This document shows positions 38,048-51,078 of a stretch of DNA of 64,000 bases, piece after piece. This DNA comes from Octopus sinensis. Its lineage: Eukaryota. The stretch lies in the NCBI RefSeq assembly GCF_006345805.1, contig NC_043001.1, positions 55,924,001 to 55,988,000 of the forward strand. The letters run 5' to 3'. Numbering within the stretch: the stretch's first letter is position 1; every line of letters starts with the position of its first letter. The position numbers and the translations under genes are program-made. Below the pieces are notes generated by a model. It worked only from the letters and a program-made list of their open reading frames with translations. It was not told the DNA's origin and made no database searches.

Positions 38048-38095
<48 letters not shown>

Positions 38096-39981
38096 GTATA
38101 TATGTGTGTGTATGTATTTTTTGTTCTGTTTTCACTCCTCAGTTTCTATTTATTTTTCAAACAAATGAAACAGTTTTATGTCAAAAAGCAAAGAGCAAAA
38201 CTAAACACATTCCAAAAATGAACAAAATATTTAGTTTCTTGACTTCCTGCTCATATATCACACAAAACAATCCAAAAAGAAAAATAATAATGAACAAAGG
38301 AAAATCTTTACTAGAGAAAAAACAATCAAAATTTCTAACATACCACATGTTGTTGGAGGAAAAAAACATATAAACAGTCTATACAATAAGTGTAACAGCT
38401 TGTCTACAGATTCTTTTATAAGTATGAAGTTGTTAGGTGTAAAGAAACACAACAAATGTCGTTTAAAACAACAAAAATCTCATAAAAGTAATGAAAATTA
38501 TATTTGAAACTGAATCTGCTTTTCCTGTTATCCCTGGAAGAAATGTTAAAAATCCCCAAATATTGAAACCCAAGTGTCATTTTCACCGTGACCAAAAATT
38601 CCTTGCATCTAATTTTAAATTGATATTGTACTTGTGTTTTGGTTAGTTACACTCCCCATACTAACTCACTTAAATTTACAGAAGATAAAGCACCAGGGAT
38701 AAATTACAAAATAGGAGAACTATGATTAAATTAGGGTACACACTAGACTGTTTATTCTCATTTGATCATGAGTTCAAACTTTACTGTAACAAAAAAAAAA
38801 ATGCATTTGACAATTTTGATAAAAATTCCCACCAAAAATAGGTAGGCTGCCTGTTGGTAAAGTTACTGTCCAGCCAATTGGAAAATTAGTAAAACCTCCT
38901 GCTTCTGGGTAGATGAATACATGCACAGTCATCTGATTAAAATATATTCCTTTTGAAGACGGCCTAGATTCCAATATTGGTTGAGCATTGCTTTTATGGA
39001 AGATGATGATGATCCAAACATTGTGACATTGAGTAGAAGGAAATCAACCAAAAACCCCCTTGATGGACTGTACCAGTTCTTGGATGGTAGATCTTTTATG
39101 TCATTCAGTTTGATCTCTAGGTGCATGCAGGTTGAGTATTTGCTCTAAGCGTAAATATAAATATTAAATGCCATGGCAGTACAGAGAAAAAACAGATTAG
39201 GCTATTTGATTTTAAATGCCACCAAAATTGTTTTCTTTAAAATCCACATGTGCTTGGAACAGCTTGTGAAAATTTCTTATATGGTTTACTAATTACCTGA
39301 ATAGGGTGATAAAAGCTAAACTTTCAACTAATCTATTGTAAACTCTGGGTAAACTAATCTAATGTAAATTCTGGGTAAATTGTTGTCTTGTCGATCTTTA
39401 TTACAAAAATTAGAACTTTCAAATGTAAATTGCTTATTAAGATGGCAAACGTTTGGGGAAATGCAGATACAAATAGAAGAGACTATTGTACTTGGAGATA
39501 TTTTTGGAACTTAAATGGTTAACTGGGCTTGCAAAATGTTTGCAACAAGAATAGCTTATGTTAATTGAATTTCTGTTAAAATTGTCATGTAATCTATGAT
39601 TTGACATAGAATAGAAAGCAATTAAATTTAAGAATTCTTTGACAGCATGTGTTCATACATTTAAAGTTAAAGTTGGATAACTATAAAATATTTCTAAGCT
39701 TATGTTATGATTGTAGGAGATGTGTGTTATATTTGAAGTATAATGCCTCTACGATTGTGTTCTAATATAGCACATGCTGACAATACCTAACTCAAAGTAA
39801 AGATATTTCAAATTTTAACAAGATAAATAACATGACTTTAGATACTGAGAACACTTTTATTAGCTTGTTGGAACTTGAGTGCATGTATAAATACAAATAT
39901 ACATATGTAATGCATATCTATTTATATATATATAGGTAGATACATACATATACAAGCACACACACACACACACATTTACAA

Positions 39982-40014
<33 letters not shown>

Positions 40015-40074
40015 CATACATACATACACACACACACATACATATACATACACACATATATATATATGTAAAAA

Positions 40075-40254
40075 AGCACCCACTACACATTTGGAGTGGT
40101 TGGCGTTAGGAAGGGCTTCCAGCTGTAGAAATACTGCCAGATCAGACTGGAGCCTAGTGCAACCTCCTGGCTTCCCAGACCCCAGTCAAACCATCCAATC
40201 CATGCCAGCATGGAAAACGGACGTTAAACGATAATGATGATGATGATGATGATA
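40075..40254 (+). mobile_element. RTE LINE 3' end
   Basis: Core plus (GAT)n. Confidence 0.85.
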
Positions 40255-40278
40255 TATATATATAGATATATAGATATA

Positions 40279-41828
40279 CAGGGTGTGGGTGGTATTTGAT
40301 GACAATTTTATGGTTTTAAAAAAATGCTTATATAAAAACTGTATTATTTTACAGATAAAAACTGTATTTTTATAAAAAAAAATAACATACACATAAAGCT
40401 AAATTATCAATTTAATAATTTCATTCAATAAAATCACCATAACCATCAATAACTGCCTCTACATTGGGTCAAAATCGTTTACAAGTTTGGATTAAGTGGT
40501 CCTTGTTCATACTGACATGACTTGAACTATGATAGCTTTCAAAGAATATTTGCTGCTATAAGGGTGATAGTTGACATTTTTCTCAATGATGCTCCACACT
40601 TAGTAGTCCAGTGGATTGAGATCTGGAGAATTGGGAGGCCAAATGTTGGGGGTGATGTGACCATGCAAGTTGTCAGCAATCCATTCTTGTGTCATTTGAG
40701 TTTTGTGTGATGGTGCAGAAACTTGTTGAAAGACATAAGGATTCCATAAAATACACTGTTGATCCAAGGTTTAACAACTTTAACCAGAATCTCAATATAT
40801 GCAGCAGTATTCACCCTAAGGCCTTGTGGGAAAAAGTGAGAAGGCATCACATGTTTTTCGTTGCTAACAACATCCAAAACCATGACACTTGCAGGAAATT
40901 TTGAGTGTATTACACTTGGAACCTCAGAAGGGTCTGCACATTTCCATCTGTCATTACTTCTGTTAGTTTTCAGGTCCTGGTCAAAGTTTTTCTCATCTGA
41001 GAAAAACCAAATCGCACCATCTTCTGATGGATCTTGTAAGTTTGTTCAAGAATCTTTTGGATCTGATTAAACGGTTTTCTTCTTTTTTTTTTTTCTGACA
41101 TGAATTGACCTCTCTCCTAATCACATAAGATTTGCACAACATTTCTGATTGTTTTTTCTGACACATGAAATTTCTTTGCAATTGACCTCATTGATTTTCC
41201 TAGATTATCTTCAATGTTTTGCTTAACTTCCTGAATACATTCTGGTGTCCTGATAGAATCAGAACATTTGGAAGCCCCATCCGATCGTGGCTGTTGCCAG
41301 CCTCGCCTGGCCCCCATGCCGGTGGCACGTAAAAAGCACCATCTGACCGTGGCCGTTTGCCAGCCCCATCTGGCACCTGTGCCGGCGGCACATAAAAAGC
41401 ACCCACTACACTCACTGAGTGGTTGGTGTTAGGAAGGGCATCCAGTTGTAGAAACATTGCCAGATCAGACTGGGCCTGGTGCAGCCTTCTGGCTTCCCAG
41501 ACCCCAGTTGAAACGTCTAACCCATGCTAGCATGAAAAGCAGACGCTAAATGATGATGATGATGATGATACAAGTAATATGCTTCCATCTTCTTTCTTTA
41601 ACACACACCAAATCTTATGGGCAAAAGATCTTGTAACTTTCAGAATATGAGAGATTTCTAAATGACCATGCTTAACCTTCTAAGCCACAATTACAGCATG
41701 CGTTTTCATTTCATTAGTAAGCATAGGGTCTGTCATTGTTATTTTCTGAAATAAAAGTTCAAGTAAAAATTAGTCGAATAAAAGAAAGACTAAAAATGCA
41801 TGTGACCTCAAATACTGTCTACACCCTG
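40279..41828 (-). mobile_element. Tc1/mariner (DD37D maT-like) DNA transposon, decayed, both ends present
   Basis: TA-flanked TIRs CAGGGTGTGGGTGGTATTTGA / rc CAGGGTGTAGACAGTATTTGA; MKTHAVIV.., VMPSHFFPQGLRVN, WPPNSPDLNPLDY motifs. Confidence 0.88.
41275..41570 (+). mobile_element. RTE LINE 3' end inserted into the mariner transposase
   Basis: Interrupts the transposase N-terminal region; (GAT)n tail. Confidence 0.85.
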
Positions 41829-41909
<81 letters not shown>

Positions 41910-42210
41910 CATACATACATACATAAACATGTGCATATATATATATACATACACATATATATATGCATATATACATACATATATAGATGTATACATATGC
42001 ATAGATACATGTATATTTACTTATACATACATATATATATACATGTATATTTACTTATATGTATATATGTATATATATACTTATATGTATATATTTACTT
42101 ATATGTATATATATATATGGATGTATATATGTTTATATATATATGTATATACACATACACATATATATATACATATTATACACACACACACATATGTATA
42201 CATATACATA
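41829..42210. repeat. TA/TG/CATA microsatellite block
   Basis: Directly visible. Confidence 0.95.
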
Positions 42211-42701
42211 CAGGGTATTCCCCCAAAAATGTATACACAGAAAAATTAATAGATTATTAAGTCAATGTTTATTAAAATAGATTTCACTTTTTAAATGTAA
42301 TAGAGCCTAGAAAATTGGTATTTGAGCACATTCACACTCAAGCACTACCCTCAATTCATCCACTGTTATTACTTTTGTATTGTAATCTTTATTTTTTAAC
42401 AACAACATAAAGAAGTCTATTCCCCTACAAAGAAGTCTGGTGCTGTGAGGTCTAGTGAACACAGGCGTATTCTACTAAACCTCCTTGTCAAATCCTCCAG
42501 TTTGGCAAAATCTCATGCAATGCGGCTCTTACATTACCAGGATAGTGTGTGGGTGTCCCACTTTGCTGGAAATAAATCTTCACATTAGCAAACTCCTCTT
42601 CAATGCTTAGCATGTCAGATTATTGCAGCAAATTCAAATGAATGGGACCAGTATATATATACGTATAGCTGTAAGTATGTACATATATGCATGTATATAT
42701 G

Positions 42702-42737
<36 letters not shown>

Positions 42738-42968
42738 CAATGATGCAAGGTTGCATAAGTGGATCTGTCTGAAACTCCCTCCTAAACTGCTTTGCACTTA
42801 AACTGCATTTTCAGACTTCCTTCCTGATGTATGTTAGGAAAAATTTCTTTTGTTCAAAGTTTATATGGCTCCCTCATTATTTTTAATGGATTAAATCTAA
42901 AAAGAATGAAAATTAAGTGTGTAATTATTAGTTGTTAAAATGTGTATACATCTGCAAGGAACACCTGG
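42211..42968 (-). mobile_element. Internally deleted Tc1/mariner element (DUF4817-type HTH)
   Basis: TA-flanked ends CAGGGTATTCC..TGTATACAC / rc CCAGGTGTTCC..TGTATACAC; SLDLTAPDFF and VQRQFRREFQTDP motifs. Confidence 0.75.
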
Positions 42969-44100
42969 TATATATAATATATATCTATATAATATATATA
43001 TATACATATATATTGTGTGTGTATGCCTATATATCTGTGTGTGCGTGTGTGTATAATATCTATGTATGTGCATATATACATATATATATATAAATAAATG
43101 TGCCCTTTTAAAGTCTAGCCAGGCTCGGGGCCTGGTTTCTATGGTGTATGTGTTCCCCAGCAGGAAAGGATGCCAGTCCATTGCAGCGCTACTCATTTCT
43201 TCTGCCAGCTGAGTGGACTGGAGCAACGTGAAATGAAGTGTTTTTCTCAAGAATACAACGCTCGGCCATCCAGATCGAAACCACAATCTACGATCTGGTG
43301 TTGACACCCTAACCACTAGCTACGTGTCCACCCATATATATATATATATGTATATATATTATATATATATATATATATATATCTATATATATTGGACCAT
43401 TAAAAAAAAGTGAATGGTCCATTAATCCTTTTGATGTAATCAGCACCATACTATAACACTAGGTAAATTAACACGATGATCTCACATAATATGCAGCTAC
43501 TCTGGTCTCCTGTAGGTGCAATTGTGGTGGTTAATTGAGTCATTTAATTTATCATGTATCTTCATCACTTCAAATAATCTTCCTTGGAAAGTGAGTATCT
43601 CCTACACATCTTGCTAAGAACCACTCATAAAACACCATCCTTTGGTCCAGATCATCTTCATTGAGAGCAAGGATATTATTGAATGTAACTTTTCCAATGA
43701 CAGCTCTTCATTTTGAATTGCATTTTTTCTCACAACTCACTCTGCACCATTTTCGTGCACTCTGGTAATATGTTTTTAGTACTCTTCTTACTTTGAAGGG
43801 CTCATCGATATCCACAGTGTTCTGGGACATTTCTTGGGAATATTCTGAATTTATCTCTAATTTCAATGATGCAAAGTTGCATAAGTGGATCTGTCTGAAA
43901 CTCCCTCCTAAACTGTCTTTGCACTTAAACTTGCATTTTCAGACTTCCTTCCTGATGTATGTTAGGAAAAATTTCTTTTGTTCAAAGTTAATATGGCTCC
44001 CTTCATTATTTTTAATGGATTAATTCTAAAAAGAATGAAAATTAAGTGTGTAATTTATTAGTTGTTAAAATGTGTATAGCATCTTGCAAGGAACACCTGG

Positions 44101-44141
<41 letters not shown>

Positions 44142-44479
44142 TATGTGTGTGTGTATGCCTATATATCTGTGTGTGCGTGTGTGTATATATTATCTATGTA
44201 TGTGCATATATATATATAATATATATATATAAATAAATGTGCCCTTTTAAAGTCTAGCCAGGCTCATGGGCCTGGTTTCTATGGTGTATGTGTTCCCCAG
44301 CAGGAAAGGATGCCAGTCCATTGCAGCGCTACTCATTTCTTGCCAGCTGAGTTGGACTGGAGCAACGTGAAATGAAGAGGTTTTTTTCTCAAGAATACAA
44401 CGCGTCGGCCATCCAGGAATCGAACCACAATCTACGATCATGTGTTGACACCCTAACCACTAAGCTACGTGCCTCCACC

Positions 44480-44547
<68 letters not shown>

Positions 44548-45356
44548 TGGACCATTAAAAAAAAGTGAATGGTCCAATAATCCTTTTGATGGTAATCAGC
44601 ACCATACTATAACACTAGGTAAATTAACACGATGATCTCACATAATATGCAGCTACTCTGGTCTCCTGTAGGTGCAATTGTGGTGGTTAATTGAGTCATT
44701 TAATTTAATTGTAGCTTCATCACTTCAAATAATCTTCCTTGGAAAGTGAGTATCTCCTACACATCTTGCTAAGAACCACTCATAAAACACCATCCTTTGG
44801 TCCAGATCATCTTCATTGAGAGCAAGGATTATTATTGAAATGTAACTTTTCCAATGACAGCTCTTCATTTTGAATTGCATTTTCTCACAACTCACTAGCT
44901 GCACACATTTTCGTGCACTCTGGTAATATGTTTTTAGTACTCTTTCTTACTTTGAAGGGCTCATCGATATCCACAGTGTTCTGGGACATTTCTTGGGAAT
45001 ATTCTGAATTTATCTCTAATTTCAATGATGCAAAGTTGCATAAGTGGATCTGTCTGAAACTCCCTCCTAAACTGTCTTTGCACTTAAACTGCATTTTCAG
45101 ACTTCCTTCCTGATGTATGTTAGGAAAAATTTCTTTTGTTCAAAGTTTAATATGGCTCCCTTCATTATTTTTAATGGATTAAATCTAAAAAGAAATGAAA
45201 ATTAAGTGTGTAATTTATTAGTTGTTAAAATGTGTATACATCTTGCAAGGAACACCTGGTATATATATATATAATATATATATATATATATACATATATA
45301 TGTGTGTGTGTATGCCTATATATCTGTGTGTGCGTGTGTGTATATATATCTATGTA

Positions 45357-45395
<39 letters not shown>

Positions 45396-45631
45396 GTGCC
45401 CTTTTAAAGTCTAGCCAGGCTCATGGGCCTGGTTTCTATGGCGTATGTGTTCCCAGCAGGAAAGGATGCCAGTCCATTGCAGCGCTACTCATTTCTGCCA
45501 GCTGAGTGGACTGGAGCAACGTGAAATGAAGTGTTTTTCTCAAGAATACAACGCGTCGGCCAGTCCAGGAATCGAAACCACAATCTTACGATCATGGTGT
45601 TGACACCCTAACCACTAAGCTACGTGCCTCC

Positions 45632-45635
<4 letters not shown>
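42733..45635. repeat. Tandem triplication of about 1.15 kb (mariner 5' end + TA + SINE + TA)
   Basis: Copies 42733-43391 (partial), 43392-44546, 44547-45635; mariner TIR ends at 42968, 44100, 45259. Confidence 0.93.
43092..43333 (-). mobile_element. tRNA-derived SINE with V-like motif (also at about 44230-44478 and 45388-45635)
   Basis: Minus strand: GTAGCTAGTGGTTAG..GGTTTCGAT head, TGCAATGGACTGGCATCC motif, ATTT tail. Confidence 0.8.
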
Positions 45636-45674
<39 letters not shown>

Positions 45675-47002
45675 GTGTATATATATCACAGTAAATATGT
45701 GCATGTGTATGTTGTGTGTATATGTGGTCATCTATGAGTGTGCGAGAGGAGTAGCATCTTAAAACTAGAGCTGAACAATGGCTGTTATGGAAAGTGTCAT
45801 AACCACCAGAGCAGTGACCAATATACATTTTAAATTCTGCAGAAAAAAAGAAGGCAAATATGAAGTGGGTGGGGTATAATTAAATTACTACAATGTTATT
45901 TGCATTTGTGACATTCAACTGTAGATTAATTGCTAGTGATACCTCAGGATGGAACTCAATGACTGGATGCTGCTGAGATGAGGCAATTTTACACACTAAT
46001 TAGACGAAGAAACTTTTAAAGAATTGAAGAAGTGAATGCTTGTCTTTTCATTTCTTGTTTATCTTTTATTTTTTTTTTTTGCAGAGGTGGAAGAAGAGTT
46101 GGCAGAAGTGGTGAGCTGTCAATAATATAGCAAAGAGAAAATAATAAGTAGCGGTAGGAAATGTGGATGGTTGGAGTGGGGACACAATGAAAAAGATAGT
46201 ACAATTGATAATAGTTGGCAATTATCAAAGAGATGTGACATTTTGAAGAAAAAAAAATGGCAAATTGGTTGTCAATATTTATGATGGTAGAAAAAAATAT
46301 ACACCTCAAACTCATTAAGGTTTCAAGTATAATATTGATCAGGATGATGATGAACACTGTGTGTGTGTGTGTATGTGTGTGTGTGTGTGTGCATGTGTGT
46401 GTGTGAGGGTGTCTATCTGTCCTTGTGTATGCATCAGTGTACTATACATTTACACATATATAGAAAGATGGATGTACTACCCTCTCATATGTGTACAGAG
46501 ATGTGTGTACACACACAGAAATATACGTGTTCTTGTTTGTCTCCTGTCCTAGCTTGATTTACACGTTCACCACCACAACCTCGTTTAGGCTTAGCAGCAC
46601 TTCTTGTTTGTTTTCACTGTTTGTGTTACCTATTTTGATCCTCCACAAAATCCCAAATTTTATTTAATTTGCTTTGCAGAAAGCATATATTGTTGTTAAA
46701 TAGTATCGAAATATAAGACTAGAAAAACAGCCAACAACTGATGAAAGGTCATTCTTTCGTTGTTTGAAAGAATAGTTCCTGTTCCATGTACTCTTGCTTC
46801 ATACTTTTTTGTTGTACACGTTTTATGATGGCCTGTGCCCACATATGTATATATATATAAATATATATACATATAGATGTAAGTATGTACATATATGTAT
46901 GTATATATGCATATATATATATATATTATATTGTACATATATATATGTATATACATTAATTTAGCGACACAAAAACATGAGATAATGCCTCCTTATGCAA
47001 AT

Positions 47003-47412
47003 AGGCGCAGGAGTGGCTGTGTGGTAAGTAGCTTGCTTACCAACCACATGGTTCCGGGTTCAGTCCCACTGCATGACACCTTGGGCAAGTGTCTTCTACT
47101 ATAGCCTCGGGCTGACCAAAGCCTTGTCAGTGGATTTGGTTGACGGAAACTGAAAGAACCCTGTTGTATATATATATATATATAATATATATATATATAT
47201 GTGTATGTTTGTGTGTGTGTGTTTGTCCTCTCAACATCGCTTGACAACTGATGCTGGTGCGTTTATGTCCCCGTAACATAGCGGTTTGGCAAAAGAGGCC
47301 GACAGAATAAGTACTAGGCTAACAAAGAAAGATTCCTGGGGTCAATTTGTTCAACTAAAGGTGGTGCTTCAGCATGACCACAGTCAAATGACTGAAACAA
47401 GTAAAAGAATAA
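47003..47412 (+). mobile_element. Family A bipartite SINE
   Basis: Full head-microsatellite-tail structure. Confidence 0.9.
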
Positions 47413-47436
47413 ATAAATATATGTATGTGTATATAT

Positions 47437-47471
<35 letters not shown>

Positions 47472-47605
47472 GACTTACAGGAATTAAAGTAAATTTCCAA
47501 TGTGAGATAGCTGTGAAAATAAACTAGAAAATTGGGTAAATACCCTTAGAAAATGGAAAAAGTTGCCAGTAGGTGGCTACAGAGTGGAATCCTATACCTA
47601 ATATA

Positions 47606-47649
<44 letters not shown>

Positions 47650-48179
47650 CATGTTCACATACATTATGTAATACAATATGATAAATGTGTGTGTATTGGT
47701 GTCAAGCCAAATAATAGCTAAAGTCTACCACATCAGAAAACTGAACACAAAGAGCCAGGACAAATACTGCAAAGTACCTCATCTGACAGTTTTACATTCC
47801 CACAACAGGTACTTTATTTTATAAACCCAGAAAGTAGAAAAAAATTAAGTTGATTGCTGTAAGATTTGAACTCAAAGCAAAGAAAGTTATAACAAATACT
47901 GCATGGCATTTTGTCCTATGCTTTAACAACTCAACCAATTTTACCCTATATTTAGCTCAACATATCCCATCTATTTTGCTGAAAACAAAGTGCTCAATGA
48001 AACAACTTGAAACACAGTATACACGACTTGTTAAACAATGAATAGTACAATCGTTAATGAATGACCGAGACCATTACAATGACTTTAATAAGTCATGTCT
48101 TCTTGATATGTGATTGTACCATGCTTTCTATAATAAATTTTCTGTCTTTCATATTTAGCATGAAGCCATAGAAATCAAG

Positions 48180-48530
48180 CCAAAACAGTCTGGGGCATGA
48201 TGCAGTTCTCTGGCTTACCAGTTCCTGTCAAACTCAGTGGTTCTCAAACTTTTTTGGGCTACCGCCCTCTTGATATCCAGGCCACATTCCTAGCACCCCA
48301 TTCCTCATCACCACAAACATAGACCACTTGCTGAAGCAAATTCAGAACAACAGTACTTCACAAAACTTAACCCAATTAACCCATTATTTTGCTTGATTTT
48401 ACATCCATCGTTTCCTTTTGACCATCCCATTATCATCCCATTTTTCTACCCACTGAATCTTTCTACAACCCCGGAGGGGCAGTACTACCCATGCCGACAT
48501 GGAAAACAGATGCTAAATCATGATGATGAT
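48180..48530 (+). mobile_element. RTE 3' end interrupted by a hAT-like fragment (48235-48490)
   Basis: ..CCTGTCAAACT|CAGTGGTTCTCAAAC...|CCATGCCGACATGG..GATGATGAT. Confidence 0.6.
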
Positions 48531-48689
48531 CATATGGAACTCAGATGATTCACATGACAAGAGTGCAGTTGTTCAATCACGTGACTGACTTGATTTAAAG
48601 TCGAAATGGCTGAGTACTCCATAGACATACATACTATTAATCATTTCTCCTAAAGGTACAACGTCTGAAATTTTGAAGGAGGGGACTAG

Positions 48690-48862
48690 TTCATAACATC
48701 AATCCCCATGTTTTACTGTTACTTAATTTATCAACCTGGAAAGAATAAAAGGCCTTGTCGATCTCAATGACTGGCATTTCAACTCAGAATGCGAAGACGG
48801 ACGAAATTGCTGTTAAGCATTGTGCCTACACATGCTAATGATTCTGTGAGTTTGCTGCCTTA
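48690..48862 (-). mobile_element. Family B SINE, decayed
   Basis: Reverse complement of the core. Confidence 0.7.
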
Positions 48863-49129
48863 AATATGTGTGTGTGTGTGTGTGTGTGTGTGTTTATGTA
48901 TTAATGTTTACTTTTACGTTCAGTTATAACGAAAACAATTTTACATTAATTTGAAGGATTACTCCTTACACAGAGTACAATTTAATTACTCTTTAACACG
49001 AATAGTATTGATTGTGACTTCAAACTGTTCAATGATGAGTTAGCTGGCCAAAACTTCGAAGTTACTGTCATTACAATTCTTGTTAATGAATATTACATAT
49101 ATGATAGACTCTCCAGTTGATGAGGACGT

Positions 49130-49340
49130 ATGAGTGTTCAGTTTCTGCCAAACAATCTGCACAAATAATTTGCTACACATTAGCTCACTCTCTGTCTGAA
49201 CAGGAGCACAGTGTGCCATGCGTCAGGTATTGAAGTGATTGCAGTGCAATGTGAAAGAATACAACATATCACCTGGTCTGGGAATTGAACTCATGATCAC
49301 TAGATCGCAAGTGCAATACTCTAACCACTAAGCCATGTGC
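49130..49340 (-). mobile_element. Degraded tRNA-derived SINE
   Basis: rc ATGGCTTAGTGGTTAG..GAGTTCAATTCC head. Confidence 0.6.
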
Positions 49341-49360
49341 TCTCACATTATATATATATA

Positions 49361-49777
49361 TTTACTCTTTTACTTGTTTCAGTCACGTGACTGTGGCCAT
49401 GCTGGAGCACCACATTTAGTCAAGCAAATCGACCCCAGGACTTATTCTTTGTAAGCCTAGTACTTATTCTATCGGTCTCTTTTGCTGAACCGCTAAGTTA
49501 CGGGGACGTAAACACACCAGCATCGGTTGTCAAGCAATGTTGGGGAGACAAACACAGACACACAAACGCATACACATACATACATATATATACACATATA
49601 TATACATATAAACGGCAGGCTTCTTTCAGTTTCCGTCTACCAAATCCACCCACAAGGCTTTGGTCGGCCCGAGGCTATAGTAGAAGACACTTGCCCAAGG
49701 TGCCACGCAGTGGGACTGAACCGAGCACCATGTGGTTGGTAAGCAAGCTACTTACCACACAGACACTCCTACGCCTA
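49361..49777 (-). mobile_element. Family A bipartite SINE
   Basis: Full structure. Confidence 0.9.
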
Positions 49778-50085
49778 TATATATATAAAACTCACACATA
49801 TATATACACTTACTCACACACATCCAGCAGTACAACAAAAATAGATGCCAGACTATCACAACTGCCAGTGAAGTGGCTTTATTAAGTCACAAAATACCAA
49901 ATGTTGATGCTATTAAAGAGAACGTGTCAACAAGCCAACAAACCAGATCAATCTGGAAGCTGTAACTGTCATTTATTTAAGGGAGTCACCTTCTCTCAGT
50001 CGTTTGCCAGTTGTGTTATTTTGTGAGAAAACTTATGCTTTTTATATCTGAACTTTAGCCATTAGATGTGGTTGCAACTACATAC

Positions 50086-50138
50086 CTCCTCCTATACAGC
50101 CTTGTTTATCTATATCCAGTAGGTCTTGTCTTTGAGCA
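50086..50138 (-). CDS. Candidate 53-nt exon (xAQRQDLLDIDKQGCIGG), or a UTR exon
   Basis: Acceptor GTTTATGTCTCAG, donor GAG|GTATGT; one open frame. Confidence 0.2.
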
Positions 50139-50235
50139 CTGAGACATAAACACACACGGAAAGAGGTCATATACTTAGCATGTTCAAAAGGGTGAGGTTA
50201 CCAACTCTTTTTCTCTGCTAGTAACACACACACAC

Positions 50236-50282
<47 letters not shown>

Positions 50283-50636
50283 TTATATATATATACACAC
50301 ACACTCATATATATATATATGTATACATGCACAAGAGTGTTACTCATATGTCAGATAGCTTTAAAAGTATAATTTTACCATCATGGGATATATTAGGAAA
50401 AAAGGCATGCACAGATACATACAATAATTTGAATTTAAATTTTATCAAATTTCTTGATGTCTACTAAAGATTCCTTTACTGTTTAAGTTTTCATTTCAAC
50501 ATGTAAAATTTACATACATACATGTACACACATATATACATACTCACACATACACATATATAGACAGATATATATGTATATGTACACATAACTTTTGTTG
50601 TAATAACACAAGTTGAAAAGTTGAGATTGTTAGGTA

Positions 50637-50639
50637 CTA

Positions 50640-50729
<90 letters not shown>

Positions 50730-50730
50730 G
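50637..50730. repeat. (TCTA)n tetranucleotide microsatellite
   Basis: Directly visible. Confidence 0.97.
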
Positions 50731-50867
50731 TGATATAAACATGTGTGTGTATGTGTGTATACACACACACACACACATATATATATATATTTATATATAC
50801 ATACACACATATACATATACATACACATGAAAATATGTTTGGTTTTACAATTGAAAGAATCAGAAAG

Positions 50868-51078
50868 GTAGCGAGCTGGCAGAAATCTAAGCATGCCAGG
50901 CAAAATGCTTAGCAGTATTTCGTGTCTTTACACTCTGAGTTCAAATTCCGCCAAGGTCGACTTTGCCTTTCATCCTTTCAGGGTCAATAGATTATGTACC
51001 AGTTGTGTACTGAGGTCAATCTAATCAACTGGCCCCGCCTCCCCCAAAATGTCGGGCCTTGTGCCTAGAGTAGAAAAG
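50868..51078 (+). mobile_element. Family B SINE
   Basis: Head and core. Confidence 0.85.

Noticed and set aside
39328-39378. 26-bp tandem duplication
   Set aside because: Ordinary slippage duplicate with no further structure
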